64,000 nucleotides of DNA from an uncultured bacterium (GTDB lineage Bacteria; Oederibacteriota; PGYV01; CAWJRG01). Of the stretch, positions 52,765 through 62,286 are shown piece by piece; the first letter of the stretch is position 1, and every line of letters starts with the position of its first letter. The stretch is from assembly GCA_963845185.1 (NCBI GenBank), contig CAWJRG010000001.1:128001-192000 (forward strand), written 5' to 3'. The notes beneath the pieces were generated by a model, which was given only the letters and a program-made list of their open reading frames with translations, was not told the origin of the DNA and ran no database searches. The position numbers and the translations under genes are program-made.

Positions 52765-53445
52765 ATGATTGACTATATGGAAATAATATACTGGTGCATC
52801 TTTGCGGCTTTAATGATAGGCGAATTTTTAGTCGCGAAAGTTTATAAGCTTGATAAAAAACACGTCGTACGCGACTGGGTTGAGCCTGCTTATGAGGCAA
52901 TCATAATAGCAACGATTTTAAGGATTTTTGTCATCCAGTCCTTTGCCATACCCTCAGGTTCAATGGAAGATTCGCTTAAAATCGGCGATCACCCTATGGC
53001 GATAAAATTCGCTTATGGATTATACAACCCTCTTCAGGATAAACTGATTTTTGATTTTATTAAACCCAAAAGGGGCGATGTTATTATTTTTCGGGACCCC
53101 ACGGGAAAAACCAATGAAATGTGGATAAAACGCTGCATGGCAATCCCGGGCGATACAATTGAAATGAAAGACAAAGTTTTTTACTTAAACGGGAAAAAAC
53201 TCGATGAACCGTATATAGTACACAAGGACCCGCACATATATCCTTTTCCTCAGACCACGCGTGATAATTTCCCCCAGATAGTTGTTCCAAAGGGTTATAT
53301 TTTTGCCATGGGTGATAACAGGGATAATTCTTATGATAGTAGGTTCTGGGGGTTCCTGCCTTACAAAAAACTCCGCGGCAAGGCTTTCTGCGTTTACTGG
53401 CCCCCGAATAGGATCAAAATAATCAAGCATTACAAAATAAATTAG
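52765..53445 (+). CDS. lepB: Signal peptidase I
   Basis: IPSGSM (catalytic Ser), KRGDVIIF, WIKR (catalytic Lys), MGDNRDNSYDSRFWG; ATG 52765 follows GGAGG. Confidence 0.95.
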   Translation: MIDYMEIIYWCIFAALMIGEFLVAKVYKLDKKHVVRDWVEPAYEAIIIATILRIFVIQSFAIPSGSMEDSLKIGDHPMAIKFAYGLYNPLQDKLIFDFIKPKRGDVIIFRDPTGKTNEMWIKRCMAIPGDTIEMKDKVFYLNGKKLDEPYIVHKDPHIYPFPQTTRDNFPQIVVPKGYIFAMGDNRDNSYDSRFWGFLPYKKLRGKAFCVYWPPNRIKIIKHYKIN

Positions 53446-53535
53446 TAGTCATATGAAAAATATTTTTTTGCAGTTGGCGGTTTAAATCCCTATATGGCAG
53501 ATGCAGAATCTTTCATATCGAATTTCTTGTCTGAT

Positions 53536-54669
53536 TTACGGTATTATCTCAACTGACGGAGTATCTTCCAAGGATTTTATTTCTTTGCTTGCCTCAACTC
53601 CGGTTTCAACTATAAAAGATGCAACTCCGGCAATATCCGGTATTGTTACACCCCTGCCGCCTTCTCCCTTATCGCCGTACGCTACGATTATTTCTCCGGT
53701 TACTGCTGCCAGCCCATAAACAGTGACGGTAATTACCCTGCCTTCGGCTGCCTTTGATATAAGCTTGCCTCCCTTAACCTCAACCGTAATATAACCATCG
53801 TCCTGCGCGACAGTGCTGGGAATGGGCCAGCCTTCGGGTATTGTTATCTTTAATATCCTGAATTCCGGCGAATCCTCGCCGACATTATAGATTATGTGAA
53901 TTGTGTTCCCAGCGCTTCCGGCCTTCAGCTGCACAGGTGATATGCGTGCTTTGCCGCTTCCAGCGATGTCTTTTGGTAATGCGTCGGCAGGCCTTTCAGG
54001 TATAAAAGCCGTCTCTCCCGGTTTGTTTATTACGGGGCCTTCCTCGCCTATTTCTTCCTCAAATTTTTCAGTGGGTTGCGCGGCTTCTTGTTCCGGTATT
54101 TGTTCCGGTTCCGGAGTCGTTGGCTCTTGTTTTTCTATTTCCCGCGCCGTCTTCTCCTCAAATATATTTTCTTGTTCTTTTACTGCCTGCACTTCCGGTT
54201 CTTTAATATGCGGAAATTTCTCTTCCTTAAATTCTGTTTTATCTTCTTCGGTTATTGTTTCTTTTCTTTTTTTCATCAGAAAAACTATTAATATTATTAG
54301 CCCCATACCAAGTAAAAAAAGCAAAACTGCGGCTAACCAATTTGTTTTATTTTTTGTTGTTGTTTCTTTTTCCTTTATTTTGACTGGCGTCTGTATTATT
54401 ACAGGTTCTTGCTGTTTAGTTATTTCTGTGGGTTTTACTGCGACCTTTTTTTCTATAGGCCCTGCTGTTTTTTCAGCCTTGGCTGTCATTGATAATGCTT
54501 GTGCCATGGCTGTTGACGTAAGCGGACCTGATTCGGATAATTCAGCCGGAGCAACTTCAAGTTGTTTTTTAAATTCTTCCATTGCTACGCGTTCTTTGGT
54601 AGTAAGGCAGCTGGATAATAATATGGTTAAAAATGACATGATAAAAATCATTGCAAAAAGTCTTCTCAT
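53536..54669 (-). CDS. Hypothetical lipoprotein with internal TM helix, acidic Glu/Pro linker and C-terminal beta-sandwich domain
   Basis: Lipobox LLSSC; hydrophobic WLAAVLLFLLGMGLIILIVFLM followed by KKRK; SD GGAGG. Confidence 0.75.
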   Translation of the reverse strand: MRRLFAMIFIMSFLTILLSSCLTTKERVAMEEFKKQLEVAPAELSESGPLTSTAMAQALSMTAKAEKTAGPIEKKVAVKPTEITKQQEPVIIQTPVKIKEKETTTKNKTNWLAAVLLFLLGMGLIILIVFLMKKRKETITEEDKTEFKEEKFPHIKEPEVQAVKEQENIFEEKTAREIEKQEPTTPEPEQIPEQEAAQPTEKFEEEIGEEGPVINKPGETAFIPERPADALPKDIAGSGKARISPVQLKAGSAGNTIHIIYNVGEDSPEFRILKITIPEGWPIPSTVAQDDGYITVEVKGGKLISKAAEGRVITVTVYGLAAVTGEIIVAYGDKGEGGRGVTIPDIAGVASFIVETGVEASKEIKSLEDTPSVEIIP

Positions 54670-54939
54670 ATCACACCTCCCTCGTTTTCTTCATTTTACA
54701 CAATTCAGTTTGGAAAGTAAAGGCAAAACGGGGATATATCGTAATTCCACGTTGACTTTAATCAAAAATAGCAGTATCTTAATGTAAACCTTTTGTACAT
54801 TTTCTGCGTCAAAAATTCATTAAAAGAAATATCAACATATACGGAAAGGAGGCTCTTTGAATACTTTAAGCATGGATGCAAGAAAGAAAACCAAAAATAT
54901 CAAAAATAAACGGCGCAATGCGCAAAAAAGGAGGAAATT

Positions 54940-55326
54940 ATGAAAAGATTTATCACGGTGTTATTAGCTTTAATGTTTGTGTTTTCCGTCGTGGCTGTTG
55001 CTTTTGCTGACAATTCCGCGCCAACAGGCCAGCCGACTGTTTCATCGGGTAATAATGGCAAACCCGGCGAAATAGGTAAAAGGCAGTTGAACCAGAAAAG
55101 AAGGATCAAACAGGGTATAAAAAGCGGTGAACTTACTAAAGGCGAGGCAAAGAATCTTAAAGAAGATGAAAAGATGATGCAGAAGGAAAAGAAAGATATG
55201 AAAGCCCAGAATGGCGGCAAGCTTACAAAAGGCGATAAAAGATTGATGAACAAGCAGCTCAACCAGGAAAGCAAAAAAATATACAAGAAAAAACATAACG
55301 ATGTGAAAGAGCCTGTAACAAAATAA
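54940..55326 (+). CDS. Small secreted Lys-rich helical repeat protein (RQ.NQ..RI.QG..SG.LT..E family)
   Basis: Signal peptide ending AFA; two G.LTK.[ED] repeats; AGGAGG SD; followed by a terminator. Confidence 0.85.
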   Translation: MKRFITVLLALMFVFSVVAVAFADNSAPTGQPTVSSGNNGKPGEIGKRQLNQKRRIKQGIKSGELTKGEAKNLKEDEKMMQKEKKDMKAQNGGKLTKGDKRLMNKQLNQESKKIYKKKHNDVKEPVTK

Positions 55327-55334
55327 AATAAAAT

Positions 55335-55365
55335 AAAAAGCCCCGGCTTAAAGCCGGGGCTTTTT
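55335..55365. terminator. Bidirectional intrinsic terminator
   Basis: AAAAAGCCCCGGCTT-A-AAGCCGGGGCTTTTT perfect inverted repeat between convergent genes. Confidence 0.9.
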
Positions 55366-55406
55366 ATTTTATGCGGAATTTCAGCAACAAACCTTTTAAT
55401 TAAATG

Positions 55407-56183
55407 CTATTTTTGAAACGGCCTGTACCTTACTCTGTAGTCGACATTATCCTCCACCCATTTCCACAATTCGACCTGCTCTTCAAGCTTTGCGTTTTCT
55501 TTTATTTTTTCTTTCCAGCCGTTCATCACTTCATTATCAACCGTCCATATCCTTATCCTTTTCCTGGATATTTCTTTTTCCCATTTATCAGCTATCACGG
55601 GAGTCGGATACAATATCCTTATGGTTATATTGCGCGCCAGGTACTCAAGCGGTGTAATGTTTATATTCTTTATGGGCGCGCTTACGACCTTTCCGCCTTT
55701 TGTAAATTTTGCCGGCTCGCCGTCGCTTACTATTACTATATCTATTGGCGAAAGAATAAGACTCCTTTTCTGTATCAACTCTTTTACTTTTTCAAAAAAC
55801 ACATTGAAATCGGTTATTGTTTCTTTGTGCCCTATCCATTCTTTCAAATCCTGCTCTATCTGTTCCACTTTTTTCGACTCGAAATCCTGTATTGGCCTGA
55901 AAGATTTTGGTTCATCCGCCGAAAATCCGCCTATAGTTGCCACAAAAAGCGCCTTTGGTTCTTTCAATCCGCCCAAATTGTGCAAATGCCCGTAAATATA
56001 ATAGGAAATAAATTTTAAGGAGTCTTCGTAATAAGGAGAATCCACAAAAGAAGTACTCGCGTCTATGCCGATAAATATGGTGTGTTTTATCATTCTTTGC
56101 TCTGTTCCGGTGCCCATCGTGCATCCCGAAAGGAACAGCATTGCTGCCACAGCCAGTATTTGTAAATTTTTTAAGTTTTTCAT
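55407..56183 (-). CDS. Lipoprotein with vWA-like (MIDAS) domain
   Basis: Lipobox LSGC; IFIGIDASTS (DxSxS), TDF, IVIVSDG. Confidence 0.7.
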   Translation of the reverse strand: MKNLKNLQILAVAAMLFLSGCTMGTGTEQRMIKHTIFIGIDASTSFVDSPYYEDSLKFISYYIYGHLHNLGGLKEPKALFVATIGGFSADEPKSFRPIQDFESKKVEQIEQDLKEWIGHKETITDFNVFFEKVKELIQKRSLILSPIDIVIVSDGEPAKFTKGGKVVSAPIKNINITPLEYLARNITIRILYPTPVIADKWEKEISRKRIRIWTVDNEVMNGWKEKIKENAKLEEQVELWKWVEDNVDYRVRYRPFQK

Positions 56184-56253
56184 TTTTATCGCCTCCTATG
56201 CAAAAATTTATTTTGCAAACGCTCGGGAGTGCAGCAAAATATTACTCTTGCTT

Positions 56254-56296
56254 GCACCCGCTCAAGTCCAAGGCATAAGCCGAGGACAAGTGGTGC
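56254..56296 (-). repeat. 43-nt structured intergenic element, copy 1
   Basis: GCACCCGCTCAAGTCCAAGGCATAAGCCGAGGACAAGTGGTGC; matches 60301-60343 with compensatory changes in the outer stem. Confidence 0.75.
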
Positions 56297-56301
56297 TATG
56301 C

Positions 56302-57546
56302 CTATTCTTTTTTCTTAAACAGGCCTGCCAGAAGGTCTTTCGTGTCCATCACATTTTCCATGCTTTTAAACGGCAGGTTAAAAAGTGTCTTTGCGCTCAC
56401 CAGCACTATCACAATGTTTATTGCCGCTGCTATTATTTGAAACACCGGCAGAGATGCAGCCTCGAGAAATTTTTTGCCCGTGGCATCAAACCATTCCATG
56501 TTGTTCTTAAAAACGCTTATAAAATCCTCCCAGGTCTGCTGCAACACTTCTTTTTTGGTTTCAACCGGTTTTCCTTCACCGTTCATCTTCTGGCGAGATA
56601 TCACGGCTATCAATGTCGGCGTGCCAAACCGCGCGAATAAAAACCACGTCATGCCCCTGATGCCTGTCCAAAGAAAGGCAGCCAGTACAAGCGTGGACAC
56701 GAGACCCATCCTGACCTGTTCGCCTGTCTGCTGGGCTATCCACGGCGTAAGTGCATCTACCAGTTCCCTGTAGAGAAATACAACTTCAAAAAACAGCACA
56801 AACATTTCAACCAGCACCATCTGGATTATCTGTTCTGCCTTTTTGTTCTTTATTGCCTCAAACAAAACGTAGAGGCATGCAAAGCTTCCAGAAATAAGAA
56901 AAAACAAAAACAGCCACAAAAAAGGTATTATCAAGTGCTGCGATTCTATGCCTGTCACGTCGGCCAGCACCTCGCTTATAGTCGGCAGCAGGGTGTAAGT
57001 GAATATTATCGCTTCGAGCACGCACCATGCGATTGTTATTGTCACTGCAACCCATGGCACACCGCCCTGCGAATACCTGCGCGCTATTTCACCCGCTCCT
57101 TTAAACGGCAAAGTTATAAGACGCAGTATCCCTATCACAACCGCTCCTACGGTGAGCTTGATAAGCTCCCACGCCCACCCAAAACATAGAAAAATAAACC
57201 TTGCCGCACCGACCCAGTAGTTCCAGACTGATGTAAGTATATCCCACCACGCGAGTGCCATAGTTCCGATAAAACGTATTCTTCCCCCTCTGAAAAGTAT
57301 TGTATAAACCGAGGCCATCGTGATCCACATCCCGACAATAAAAAGCAAAACAGGCAGCAGGATAATGATAATTTTCAGGAGCATAACAAAGATATTGCCC
57401 GGTACAAAAATAAAATCAAGCAATGCTTTTTGCACTCCAGGAATCCACGACAAAGGCAGGAGAAGTACTTTTGGGTCAATTGCAAATGTAATCTTGTTTG
57501 ATACGTCTGCAGCTTGAGCTAAAGCTGTTACGGTTTGTTCTGTCAT
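56302..57546 (-). CDS. Uncharacterised polytopic membrane protein, co-oriented with the vWA lipoprotein
   Basis: About 8-9 hydrophobic segments; AGGAGG SD; 414 aa. Confidence 0.8.
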   Translation of the reverse strand: MTEQTVTALAQAADVSNKITFAIDPKVLLLPLSWIPGVQKALLDFIFVPGNIFVMLLKIIIILLPVLLFIVGMWITMASVYTILFRGGRIRFIGTMALAWWDILTSVWNYWVGAARFIFLCFGWAWELIKLTVGAVVIGILRLITLPFKGAGEIARRYSQGGVPWVAVTITIAWCVLEAIIFTYTLLPTISEVLADVTGIESQHLIIPFLWLFLFFLISGSFACLYVLFEAIKNKKAEQIIQMVLVEMFVLFFEVVFLYRELVDALTPWIAQQTGEQVRMGLVSTLVLAAFLWTGIRGMTWFLFARFGTPTLIAVISRQKMNGEGKPVETKKEVLQQTWEDFISVFKNNMEWFDATGKKFLEAASLPVFQIIAAAINIVIVLVSAKTLFNLPFKSMENVMDTKDLLAGLFKKKE

Positions 57547-57825
57547 TTTGTTTTCCTCCTTTCATGTGGTTTTGATGTTCAAGTATCTATATCAAAGACC
57601 CGGAGTTTTGTCAAGCCGGGCATTGTTGCTTCTTTCCTTAAACTTAACTGCCCTTCTAACTCAAAATTCTTTTCAAGGAGGTCTTACTTTCAATTTCTGT
57701 TATAAGTATAGCATATAATTCCCAAAAGTCAAGCAAATAATTTCATTATTCAAAATTATTATTTCATATAATGAAATATTATGTGGATAATTACAAATAA
57801 TTCTTAATAAGTCTTTCAAATAGAA

Positions 57826-57853
57826 AACCCTTCCCCTGAACAGGGGAAGGGTT
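57826..57853 (-). terminator. Intrinsic terminator after the VIT-vWA gene
   Basis: AACCCTTCCCCTG-AA-CAGGGGAAGGGTT inverted repeat followed by TTCTATTT on the minus strand; a second hairpin lies at ~57858-57885. Confidence 0.7.
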
Positions 57854-57900
57854 GAATGGTGAGGGCTAATATTTTAACCCTCACCCGGGAGGGATGGATG

Positions 57901-60231
57901 TTACATTATTTCCATTGTCAACTCTATCGTGCCTGTGACCTTATCAAAAATAACTTTTGAGAAAAGGCTGTCAAGCACATCCTGTTTATACTCTTTGCCT
58001 TTATAGCTTAAAACTTTTACTTCCTTGACTTTTCCGTTTTCTACTTTCAGTTCAAACTCTATTCCGCTTAAATTCCATTGCTGCATAAAATTCTCAAGCT
58101 CTGCCTTGATTGCGCCGAACACTGCTTTTTCAGCCTCGTCAAGAGTATACCCTGAAGGTGTTTTGCCGTCACTTATGTAAATAGTATTTCCCGTGCTTTT
58201 TGTTCCCTGTTCATCAACTTCTTTTTCTTCAGCGCTTGACACTTCAACCGGTGCTTCAGCTTTTTTACAAGCTTTGCTGACAGTTCCCATGTTATAATAT
58301 CCACGCGTCTGGCTAGCCGCAGGCAATGCTTCACTTAACATATTCTTTCCGCCTACAGCGTAATCACTTACTCCCTGTGGCAACGGTAACGGCTGCTTTA
58401 CTGTCATGGTCTCGCCAGTTTGCCTTACGACTTTGTCAACTGCCACAAATGATGTGAATTCAGTCATGAGATGGTATTTTAATCCCAGGGCTGTTACCTC
58501 TTCTTTTGTATCCACGCCGACTTTTGCGTAATCAGCAAGCCTTGCTATTTTCTCGCGCGCCCAAAGATATTTTACTGCTTCGTTTTTGTTGTCTTCTTTG
58601 TAATCGCCTATGTTGATTGTTTTCTCAAAATTCCCGTTTGCAGTCCTTCCTGTTATTATTATCTTGCCTGACGCATTTTTGTATTTTCCCGATATCACAA
58701 GAGGTCTCTCTGCGAATAAGTCAGGCACAGATATTGGTTCCACATCATAAGCGTCGAATCCGTCGTATTTCACTTTTATATCGGTCAGGACCGGGCTTTT
58801 AATGTAATTTATAAACTTCTGCGCAGCCTGTTCGGCCTCTGACGGGTCTTCCACAACAAAAGGCTCGCCCTTGCCCACTCGCGCCATTCCTTCTATTATG
58901 TACCTGTTTACAGCCGTGCCTATTCCAAAGGCAAAAAAGTTTGCTTCGCCCATTTTATTTTCAATCAGGTCAAACACATCCTTTTCCACAGGCACATAGC
59001 CGTCTGTCAATGCCACTATTATTCGCGACATGCCTTTTTTCTTTGGCAAGGCAGAAGCTTTTGTAAAAGCGTCTATTATCTCAGTGCCGCCGCTTCCCTG
59101 TGCGTTTTCAATCATGGCTACTGCTTTTTTCCTGTTTGCCTCGGTAGCAGGCATTGGTTTTGAAAAAAGCACGTTTGACCCGCCCGAAAAGAACATTACA
59201 TTGAAATAATCCTGCCCTCTTAGGTTTGACAATATGCTGCATACTGTCTTCTTTGATATTTCAAGTGGGAAACCATACATCGAGCCTGAAACGTCCATGA
59301 TAAAAAGATATTCCCTCGGCGGTATCATGCTGGTTTCCACTTTGGCAGGCGGTTCAATCATGGTAAGAAAGTATTTTTCATCTTTATCCTGGTAAAGCAG
59401 GGTTCCTGTGTTAATCGCATCTCCTTCAAGCGAATAGTCCAGGATAAAATCCCTGTTCCCGCCGTTTTTCTCCTTTGCCGCAAGTGTAATTTTTACGTTA
59501 TTTTTGTCTTCAAAATTCGTTTCAATTAGGTGAGACGTTGACCATACTTTGGCCACTGGAATGCCTGATTTTAAGCCCACTTTTAAACTGAATTCATACG
59601 GTGCCTGTTTGCCTTCATGTAAATACGGGTTTACTGTCCAGTTATCCTTGCCCTTTAAATCTGATTCTTTTGCCTCGCCTGTAAACCTGGGCCCTACCAC
59701 AGTCGGGAACATAAATTCGTAAACTCCCGCGTCCGGTACAAGGCTTTCAGTATAAGACACAGTTACCTCTACTTTATCTCCCGGCATTATGTTTGCCACG
59801 CTCATCTGGAAAACATTTGGCCTTTTTTCCTCGAGCAATGACGCTGTCTGGCCTTTGTTCTTTGCGTCATTATAAATCTGCTGCGCTTCCTCTGTTTTAT
59901 GTATGTCCGCCTCTATTATCCTTGTGCCTATCTGCATTTTCATCGCGTTTATTGCTGTCTTTGTGCCGAGCGGAAAAACATAAATTGCCTCTATTGTCTT
60001 TTTGCCGTCGTTCTTGTAGACCTGCTTTAATTCTGTCTGTGCCGTCATCCCTGCTATGCTGACGTCCGCCGATGTGGATAAAAGAGGAAAGCTCTCCACA
60101 TCCCCGCTGCCCTGTACTGCAAAATAAGGCGATAAATTTTCCTTTCCTTTGTCTTTCTGGATAGAATAACCTGATACTGCAAGTAAAACCATTGCCAAAA
60201 CCATCGCTCCCAAAACTTTTGCCTTTTTCAT
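57901..60231 (-). CDS. Secreted VIT + vWA domain protein (inter-alpha-trypsin inhibitor-like)
   Basis: Signal peptide; IEAIYVFPL..NVFQMSVANIMPG (VIT); DVSGSM, GGTE, LTDG, FGIGTAVNR (vWA); TEFTSFVAVD. Confidence 0.92.
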   Translation of the reverse strand: MKKAKVLGAMVLAMVLLAVSGYSIQKDKGKENLSPYFAVQGSGDVESFPLLSTSADVSIAGMTAQTELKQVYKNDGKKTIEAIYVFPLGTKTAINAMKMQIGTRIIEADIHKTEEAQQIYNDAKNKGQTASLLEEKRPNVFQMSVANIMPGDKVEVTVSYTESLVPDAGVYEFMFPTVVGPRFTGEAKESDLKGKDNWTVNPYLHEGKQAPYEFSLKVGLKSGIPVAKVWSTSHLIETNFEDKNNVKITLAAKEKNGGNRDFILDYSLEGDAINTGTLLYQDKDEKYFLTMIEPPAKVETSMIPPREYLFIMDVSGSMYGFPLEISKKTVCSILSNLRGQDYFNVMFFSGGSNVLFSKPMPATEANRKKAVAMIENAQGSGGTEIIDAFTKASALPKKKGMSRIIVALTDGYVPVEKDVFDLIENKMGEANFFAFGIGTAVNRYIIEGMARVGKGEPFVVEDPSEAEQAAQKFINYIKSPVLTDIKVKYDGFDAYDVEPISVPDLFAERPLVISGKYKNASGKIIITGRTANGNFEKTINIGDYKEDNKNEAVKYLWAREKIARLADYAKVGVDTKEEVTALGLKYHLMTEFTSFVAVDKVVRQTGETMTVKQPLPLPQGVSDYAVGGKNMLSEALPAASQTRGYYNMGTVSKACKKAEAPVEVSSAEEKEVDEQGTKSTGNTIYISDGKTPSGYTLDEAEKAVFGAIKAELENFMQQWNLSGIEFELKVENGKVKEVKVLSYKGKEYKQDVLDSLFSKVIFDKVTGTIELTMEIM

Positions 60232-60300
60232 TTTTCGTCTCCTTAGAGTCCGTTGATTTTACCGAGCGTCGACAGCGAAGGTAAAATCTTACGGAGTCTT

Positions 60301-60343
60301 ATACCCGCTCAAGTCCGAGGCTGCAGCCGAGGACAAGCGGTAT
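60301..60343 (-). repeat. 43-nt structured intergenic element, copy 2
   Basis: ATACCCGCTCAAGTCCGAGGCTGCAGCCGAGGACAAGCGGTAT. Confidence 0.75.
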
Positions 60344-60360
60344 TCTTTCTTTCACCCCAC

Positions 60361-60387
60361 ATGACACCAGTACCGCAAAAAAGTTCC
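60361..60387 (-). promoter_or_regulatory. ECF-type promoter for the VIT-vWA gene (GGAACT-N16-GTCAT)
   Basis: Same -35/-10 elements and spacing as the site upstream of the sigma gene. Confidence 0.7.
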
Positions 60388-60479
60388 ATGAAAAATGAAA
60401 AAGCTGGATTATTTTTATTGGGATGTTGCAATATGATTTGGATAAATCTAGAGATTGGTTTTAAAAATAAAAATTCTTG

Positions 60480-61598
60480 TTATTGAACCTTCTGAAATTC
60501 AACTGGCAATGTAGTATTTTCAATTGCCTTGATGCAATACGGATAAGTGATTACCTGCGCTTCTATGGCGCCTTCTGCAGGGGTATTCTCCCTGTATTTC
60601 ACTATAACCTTGTCCGCTGTTTTTTCAATTGAAATGATTTCTATAGAGTATCCTGCCGTTGGTTTCTCACCCATAAATAAGGCAACCAGCATATCACTGT
60701 TAAAATCCGTCATTTCTATATCAGGGTGGTCTGTTTTTATTGCGCTGTTGTTTGCAGTAAATTGCTGCCATGACGCCGAATCCTTGAATACCAGGTTGGA
60801 AGGTGTCGTCTGCCCGCTGTTTGTTCCTGCCCATTGTTTGCTTATCATACCCGCGACTGGAATATTTGCCTGTTTTAATTGCAGCGGCGCTGCTTTTGGT
60901 TTTGACATCGTTTCTATTTGTCCGGAAGCAGCTTCTTCTTTTGACGTAATGTCCGCGGCCTGCTGGGTTTCAGCCTTTTTTGATTTAAGTTTTGCTTCTC
61001 CATAATTTGCGCCTGCCAAAGTTTTGCTTTTATCCAGTTCAATGCTTGCCTCAGTTTCCACTTTTTCTTCAGGCGCCATTGCAGGCGGCAGCTGCGCAAG
61101 GCTTCTTGTCTTAGCCATTGGTTTCTTGGCTGCGATTTTGGCTTCATCTTTATTATACATGGCTGCTTTTGCCGGTTCTGTGTTTTTTGACCCTGTTGCC
61201 TGCTCCTCGGACCAGCCTGCCTCTTTAGCAGGGACGCTTTGCTTTGTGGATATGCTGCTGAAATTATTTGTTTCTTTCAGCGTGTATCTTGTCATGACAA
61301 CGACAAAAACAAGCGCAGCTGCTGCGGCAAGCCCTTTCATATATATGTTGAAATTAAAAGCACGTCGCGGCTCTTTCCCTTCTGCTATATCAAGCTTCGC
61401 GCTCAGGCGGCTCAAGTATCCGGCCGGAAGCGGCTTATCTTTTACTTCGTGAAGGGCACTCAATGCTTTTTTTGTTTCTTCAAGCAATTTTTTGCATTTC
61501 TCGCACTCGTTTATATGCTTTTCGAATTCTGCCATTTCTTTGCCTGGCATCATGCCGTCTATGTAAGCTGAAATTTGCTCATTTATATGTTTTGCCAT
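60480..61598 (-). CDS. Zinc-finger (zf-HC2) anti-sigma factor with one TM helix and a C-terminal PrcB_C-like domain
   Basis: SAYIDG..HINECEKC; TM LAAAAALVFVVVM; DFNSDMLVALFMGEKPTAGYSIEI..QVITYPY. Confidence 0.88.
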   Translation of the reverse strand: MAKHINEQISAYIDGMMPGKEMAEFEKHINECEKCKKLLEETKKALSALHEVKDKPLPAGYLSRLSAKLDIAEGKEPRRAFNFNIYMKGLAAAAALVFVVVMTRYTLKETNNFSSISTKQSVPAKEAGWSEEQATGSKNTEPAKAAMYNKDEAKIAAKKPMAKTRSLAQLPPAMAPEEKVETEASIELDKSKTLAGANYGEAKLKSKKAETQQAADITSKEEAASGQIETMSKPKAAPLQLKQANIPVAGMISKQWAGTNSGQTTPSNLVFKDSASWQQFTANNSAIKTDHPDIEMTDFNSDMLVALFMGEKPTAGYSIEIISIEKTADKVIVKYRENTPAEGAIEAQVITYPYCIKAIENTTLPVEFQKVQ

Positions 61599-61600
61599 TT

Positions 61601-62194
61601 TTATACCTCTAAATATTTGCTTAGTTTTTCACGCAGGGATTCCCTTGCGCGGGCTATGCGCGATTTTACCGTGCCCAGAGGCGTTTCCATGATTTCAGAT
61701 ATCTCCTCGTAACTTTTTTCCTGCATATCGCACAAAACTATCATTATCCTTGCTTCTTCGTTTATTTCCGACAGTGCCTTTTCTATGATTTCAGACCTAT
61801 TTTTTTTGTCAAAGTCTATTGCCGGATCCTGCCCTTTATCCGCGATTTCTTTTTTTATCCCGCCGTCTTCTGTTTCCCTTTCCTCCTCAAGCGAGTCATG
61901 CTTGCTGTACAGCCTGCGTTTATCATGCCTGACCGTGCCTTTCCATTCATTGACTGTTATCCTGTAAATCCATCCCGCAAAAGGGCATTTATGCTCAAAC
62001 CTTGATATGCTTTTATAGGCGTTGATAAAAGCTCCCTGCGAAATGTCTTCGGCAGTAGTCGGGTTGCCGCACAGGCGCAGCGCGAGGTTATAAACCTTTT
62101 GCGCGCAGGACTTGACAAGCGTTTCAAAAGCGCGCCTGTCGCCGTTTTTTGCCTTTTCCACAAGCTGTTTTTCCTTGTCGTCTATTTCCGCCAA
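61601..62194 (-). CDS. ECF RNA polymerase sigma factor (RpoE/SigW-like)
   Basis: GDRRAFETLV, AEDISQ.AF, F..WIYRI, SYEEISEIM..PLGTVKSRIARAR. Confidence 0.95.
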   Translation of the reverse strand: MAEIDDKEKQLVEKAKNGDRRAFETLVKSCAQKVYNLALRLCGNPTTAEDISQGAFINAYKSISRFEHKCPFAGWIYRITVNEWKGTVRHDKRRLYSKHDSLEEERETEDGGIKKEIADKGQDPAIDFDKKNRSEIIEKALSEINEEARIMIVLCDMQEKSYEEISEIMETPLGTVKSRIARARESLREKLSKYLEV

Positions 62195-62210
62195 AATTTT
62201 TCTCCCTTTA

Positions 62211-62237
62211 TTGACGCCGAATATTTATAATAGTTCC
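62211..62237 (-). promoter_or_regulatory. Autoregulatory ECF promoter (GGAACT-N16-GTCAA)
   Basis: Matches the sigmaE-type consensus immediately upstream of the SD of the sigma gene. Confidence 0.75.
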
Positions 62238-62286
62238 CTATATTTATTCTGATTTTATTGCCCAACCCACTCCAGCAAATTACTCA

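Noticed and set aside
50171..53445. secDF without yajC, divergent from lepB
   Set aside because: Common arrangement variation; not notable alone
53903..55296. Antisense ORFs 53903..54787, 54900..55286 and 55042..55296
   Set aside because: They overlap better-supported genes with SD and signal peptides on the opposite strand
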